Of a stretch of DNA of 20,000 nucleotides, positions 17,418-20,000 are shown one piece after another. Every line of letters starts with the position of its first letter. Position 1 is the stretch's first letter. Origin of the DNA: an uncultured Gemmatimonadota bacterium. GTDB lineage: Bacteria; GCA-2686955. Below the pieces are notes generated by a model. It was not told the origin of the DNA and did not search any database. It was given only the letters and a program-made list of their open reading frames with translations. Made by a program: the position numbers and the translations under genes. The stretch is from positions 53,729-73,728 of the forward strand of contig CAZBBK010000019.1 of NCBI GenBank assembly GCA_964490075.1, written 5' to 3'.

Positions 17418-19646
17418 CTACTGGTCGTAGGCCAGATCGTCGATGGTGTGGTGGGTGTTCCAGGAACCCGTGCCGGTCACCACCAGCTTCGCGATCCCGC
17501 TCGCGGCGAAATCGATCACCACGTTGACCCCGCCCGAGGTCGAGATCTGCTCCAGCAACGCACCGCCCGAGTCGTAGACCGAGTAGTAGTAGGTGTCGCC
17601 GAGCCCGGTGTAGCACGAGGCATAGAAGCTCAGATTGCTCACCGACGTGCTGAAGTCGATCGAGTTGGAGGTCTCGTGCGTGTAGGCGACGTGGGGATCG
17701 GAATGGGGCGGGTAGTAGGGATTGCCCACCGAGTTCCAGACCGTCCAGCCAGGAGAGAATACGACCCCGGGGTAGCTCGAGCCGATCGAGCTGCCGTTGC
17801 TCAGATCGTCGAAGGTCCGCAGGACCGCCGCCGCGTCGCCCTTCTGGATCTGGAAGCTGTCGGAGTCGACCACGTCGCCGGGGTGGGTGCCGATCTTGGC
17901 GACGGCCGTGTAGTCGCCGTCGGGAACCGTACCGCCCATGTACATGCTTTTCGAGCCGCTTCGGGTCTGACCAGCGTCCAGCGTGACCGCGTGCGGCCCC
18001 GACACCAGCCAGGTCTCGGTGGCGACGCTGGTCAGCTCCAGCCAACCCTCGAAGCTCTCGCTCTGGTCGGTGGTGTTGGAGACCGACCAGTCGAAGGCGA
18101 CCGGACCGCCGCTGCCGGGCACCCGCACCGGGTCGCTGTCGGGCGTCAGCGACACCGAGAGCCGGCCGGTCGAGCCGCCCAGGTAATCGAGCGCCGCGAC
18201 CACGTCGATGCGTCCCATGCCGTAGGTGTTGTCCTCCCCCGCCGATCCGAGGTCGACCGCGGTGTAGAAGAGCGCTTCCTTGATCTCTTCGGGGGTGGAC
18301 TCGGGCGAGCCGCTCTTGAGCAGGGCGATGGCGCCCGAAACGTGCGGTGCGGCCATCGAGGTGCCGGAGAGGAGGCCGTAGCCGCCGCCGTCGATCGACG
18401 ACCGAACGTCGTCGCCGCGGGCCGTGACCTCGGGCTTGATGGTGGCGTTGTCGCAGCCCGAGGGACCGCGGCTCGAGAACGACGCGATCGAGTTGCTGCC
18501 CGCGAGCAGGGCGCCGACCGCGAACATGTTGGTCTCGCTGGCGATGCGATCGGCCGGGGTGCGCAGCGTCTTGGAGCCGGGGCCTTCGTTGCCGGCGGCG
18601 TAGACCACCGCGGCGCCGGCCGCCTCGCAGTTGTCGATCACGTTCCAGAAGGTGTTGTCGCAGTGTGGCACGCCGTGCCAGATCGGCGAGATGCCCCAGG
18701 AATTGTTGACCACGGCCGGCACGTCGTCCGACGTGAAGGGATCGCCGTCGGGATCGGCGAACCACTCGAAGGCGAGGATGGCGTCGGCGATGGTGCGGTC
18801 GATGCTCACGCGGTCGATCACCGCGGCCGCGATCCACTCGGCGCCGGGCGCCATGCCGATCTGGTTGGAGCCGTCGGAGCCGCACATGGTGCCCAGGGTG
18901 TGGGTCCCGTGGCTGCCCCACCAGGCGAACTCCTGCGGGAAGGTGGTGAAGGTGACCGGATCGAACCAGCACTGGTCGACCGGCTTGCGCAGGCCCAGGT
19001 AGCGATCGGCGAAGGCCGGGTGGTCGCCGTCGGCGCCGGTGTCCATGTCGCCGACGATGACGCCGCTGCCATCGACGCCGAGCGCCCAGAGCTCGGGAGC
19101 GCCGGTCGACTCGACTCCCTCCTCGATGCCCAGAGCCCGGGGCGGCGAAGAGCCGGTGAGGGGGTCGGCGGGCTCATTCGGATCGCGGCGCAGCTCGCCG
19201 ACCGGATCGATCGGCGAGATCGGATAGTCGGGGTAGACGATGTCGACATCGGCGCGGCGCGCGAGTCCCTGGATCGTCTGCTTGGTCGCGGTGACGATGA
19301 CGCCGTTGGTGATCCAGAGCGGCCGGTAGTCGCTCACGTTTTCGGCCAGCAGCTCCTGGTCGAGGTGCTCCAGGAGTCGGCCCTGAGCCTGTCGCGTGAG
19401 CCCTTGCAGGCGCGTCACGGCGGCGACGTGGCGCTGGTGCATGGTGCGGCCCTCGGTCTTCATCTCGGCGACGAAGGCGTCCTTGTCGAGCTGATCGGGC
19501 AGCATGACGATGGCGCGGACCAGGTCGTCGGGGCTGGCGCCCAGAAGCTGGTCGGCGAGGTCCGGGCTGAGAACGCCGGCCTGGGCGCTCATGCCGGTGA
19601 GGCCGATCGCGAGGGCCAGGGGGATCTTGGCAACGTGCTGTGGCAT
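17418..19646 (-). CDS. Secreted S8 (subtilisin-like, bacillopeptidase F-like) serine peptidase with a propeptide and two C-terminal beta domains
   Basis: Signal peptide ending SAQA; catalytic motifs GDMDTG, SHGTHTLG, AAGNEG, GTSMAAPHVSG. The ATG at 19646 has a GGAG RBS. Confidence 0.95.
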   Translation of the reverse strand: MPQHVAKIPLALAIGLTGMSAQAGVLSPDLADQLLGASPDDLVRAIVMLPDQLDKDAFVAEMKTEGRTMHQRHVAAVTRLQGLTRQAQGRLLEHLDQELLAENVSDYRPLWITNGVIVTATKQTIQGLARRADVDIVYPDYPISPIDPVGELRRDPNEPADPLTGSSPPRALGIEEGVESTGAPELWALGVDGSGVIVGDMDTGADGDHPAFADRYLGLRKPVDQCWFDPVTFTTFPQEFAWWGSHGTHTLGTMCGSDGSNQIGMAPGAEWIAAAVIDRVSIDRTIADAILAFEWFADPDGDPFTSDDVPAVVNNSWGISPIWHGVPHCDNTFWNVIDNCEAAGAAVVYAAGNEGPGSKTLRTPADRIASETNMFAVGALLAGSNSIASFSSRGPSGCDNATIKPEVTARGDDVRSSIDGGGYGLLSGTSMAAPHVSGAIALLKSGSPESTPEEIKEALFYTAVDLGSAGEDNTYGMGRIDVVAALDYLGGSTGRLSVSLTPDSDPVRVPGSGGPVAFDWSVSNTTDQSESFEGWLELTSVATETWLVSGPHAVTLDAGQTRSGSKSMYMGGTVPDGDYTAVAKIGTHPGDVVDSDSFQIQKGDAAAVLRTFDDLSNGSSIGSSYPGVVFSPGWTVWNSVGNPYYPPHSDPHVAYTHETSNSIDFSTSVSNLSFYASCYTGLGDTYYYSVYDSGGALLEQISTSGGVNVVIDFAASGIAKLVVTGTGSWNTHHTIDDLAYDQ

Positions 19647-19695
19647 CGAGGACTCCGGGTTGCGTTGCGCGCGGCGGCGCGCGCAAGAGGGGGAA

Positions 19696-19723
19696 GCGCG
19701 TGCCCCGGGTGAGGGGCACGCGC
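19696..19723 (-). terminator. Perfect 11-bp hairpin between the upstream gene and the S8 peptidase
   Basis: GCGCGTGCCCC-N6-GGGGCACGCGC, followed on the minus strand by pyrimidine-rich TTCCCCCTCTT with a weak U-tract. It may be a terminator or an mRNA-stabilising stem. Confidence 0.5.
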
Positions 19724-19765
19724 GGTGCACTAGAGCCATGCTAACCCGGTCCCCGCGGGTCCGGG

Positions 19766-19999
19766 TCAAGGCAACGCGTAGGCCAGGTCGTCGATGGTGT
19801 GGTGCAGGTACCAGACGCCGGTGCCGGTCACCACCAGCTCGGAGATGGCCGCGGCGCTGAACTGCACCAGCCGGTCCTTGCCGCCGGTGGTGGTGATCCG
19901 CTCCAGCAGGGTGCCGGTGCTGTCGTAGGCCGAGTAGTGGAAGCGCAGTCCCAGATCGGCGCGGCCGGAGGCGTAGAAGCGCAGCTCGTCGACCGGGGT
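19766..19999 (-). CDS. 3' end of an upstream gene absent from the ORF track; its C-terminal domain is paralogous to that of the S8 peptidase
   Basis: Manual translation gives TPVDELRFYASGRADLGLRFHYSAYDSTGTLLERITTTGGKDRLVQFSAAAISELVVTGTGVWYLHHTIDDLAYALP*, with the TGA at 19766-19768. Confidence 0.92.
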   Translation of the reverse strand, partial: TPVDELRFYASGRADLGLRFHYSAYDSTGTLLERITTTGGKDRLVQFSAAAISELVVTGTGVWYLHHTIDDLAYALP

Positions 20000-20000
20000 G

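Noticed and set aside
19647-19769. N-terminal extension of the S8 ORF to 19769
   Set aside because: It overlaps the upstream gene's stop and a hairpin. The RBS and signal peptide both point to ATG 19646.

Overview
High-GC bacterial window with no RNA genes, CRISPR arrays or mobile elements that I can see. Left to right: the end of a MurJ-like flippase and a GT4 glycosyltransferase (+); a large, divergent flagellin-like gene with four internal repeats and a candidate sigma-54 promoter (-); a beta-propeller/Y_Y_Y hybrid histidine kinase (-); an unannotated secreted four-repeat protein (-); cutA (-); a UMF1/ATG22-type MFS transporter (+); a sulfur-handling operon sqr - DUF1641-like - TusE/DsrC-like - DsrE2-like (-); a PAS-containing sigma-54 activator (-); a secreted S8 peptidase (-); and the 3' end of an upstream gene (-) that the ORF track missed and that shares the peptidase's C-terminal domain. 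The best-supported system is a candidate regulatory circuit. The activator has a C-X8-C-X3-C PAS motif (OrpR-like, possibly Fe-S binding). The sqr operon has a near-consensus -24/-12 promoter with TGCAAC-N5-GTTGCA dyads upstream. A variant of that dyad lies in the activator's own leader, suggesting autoregulation. All calls come from manual motif reading; no database searches were run.
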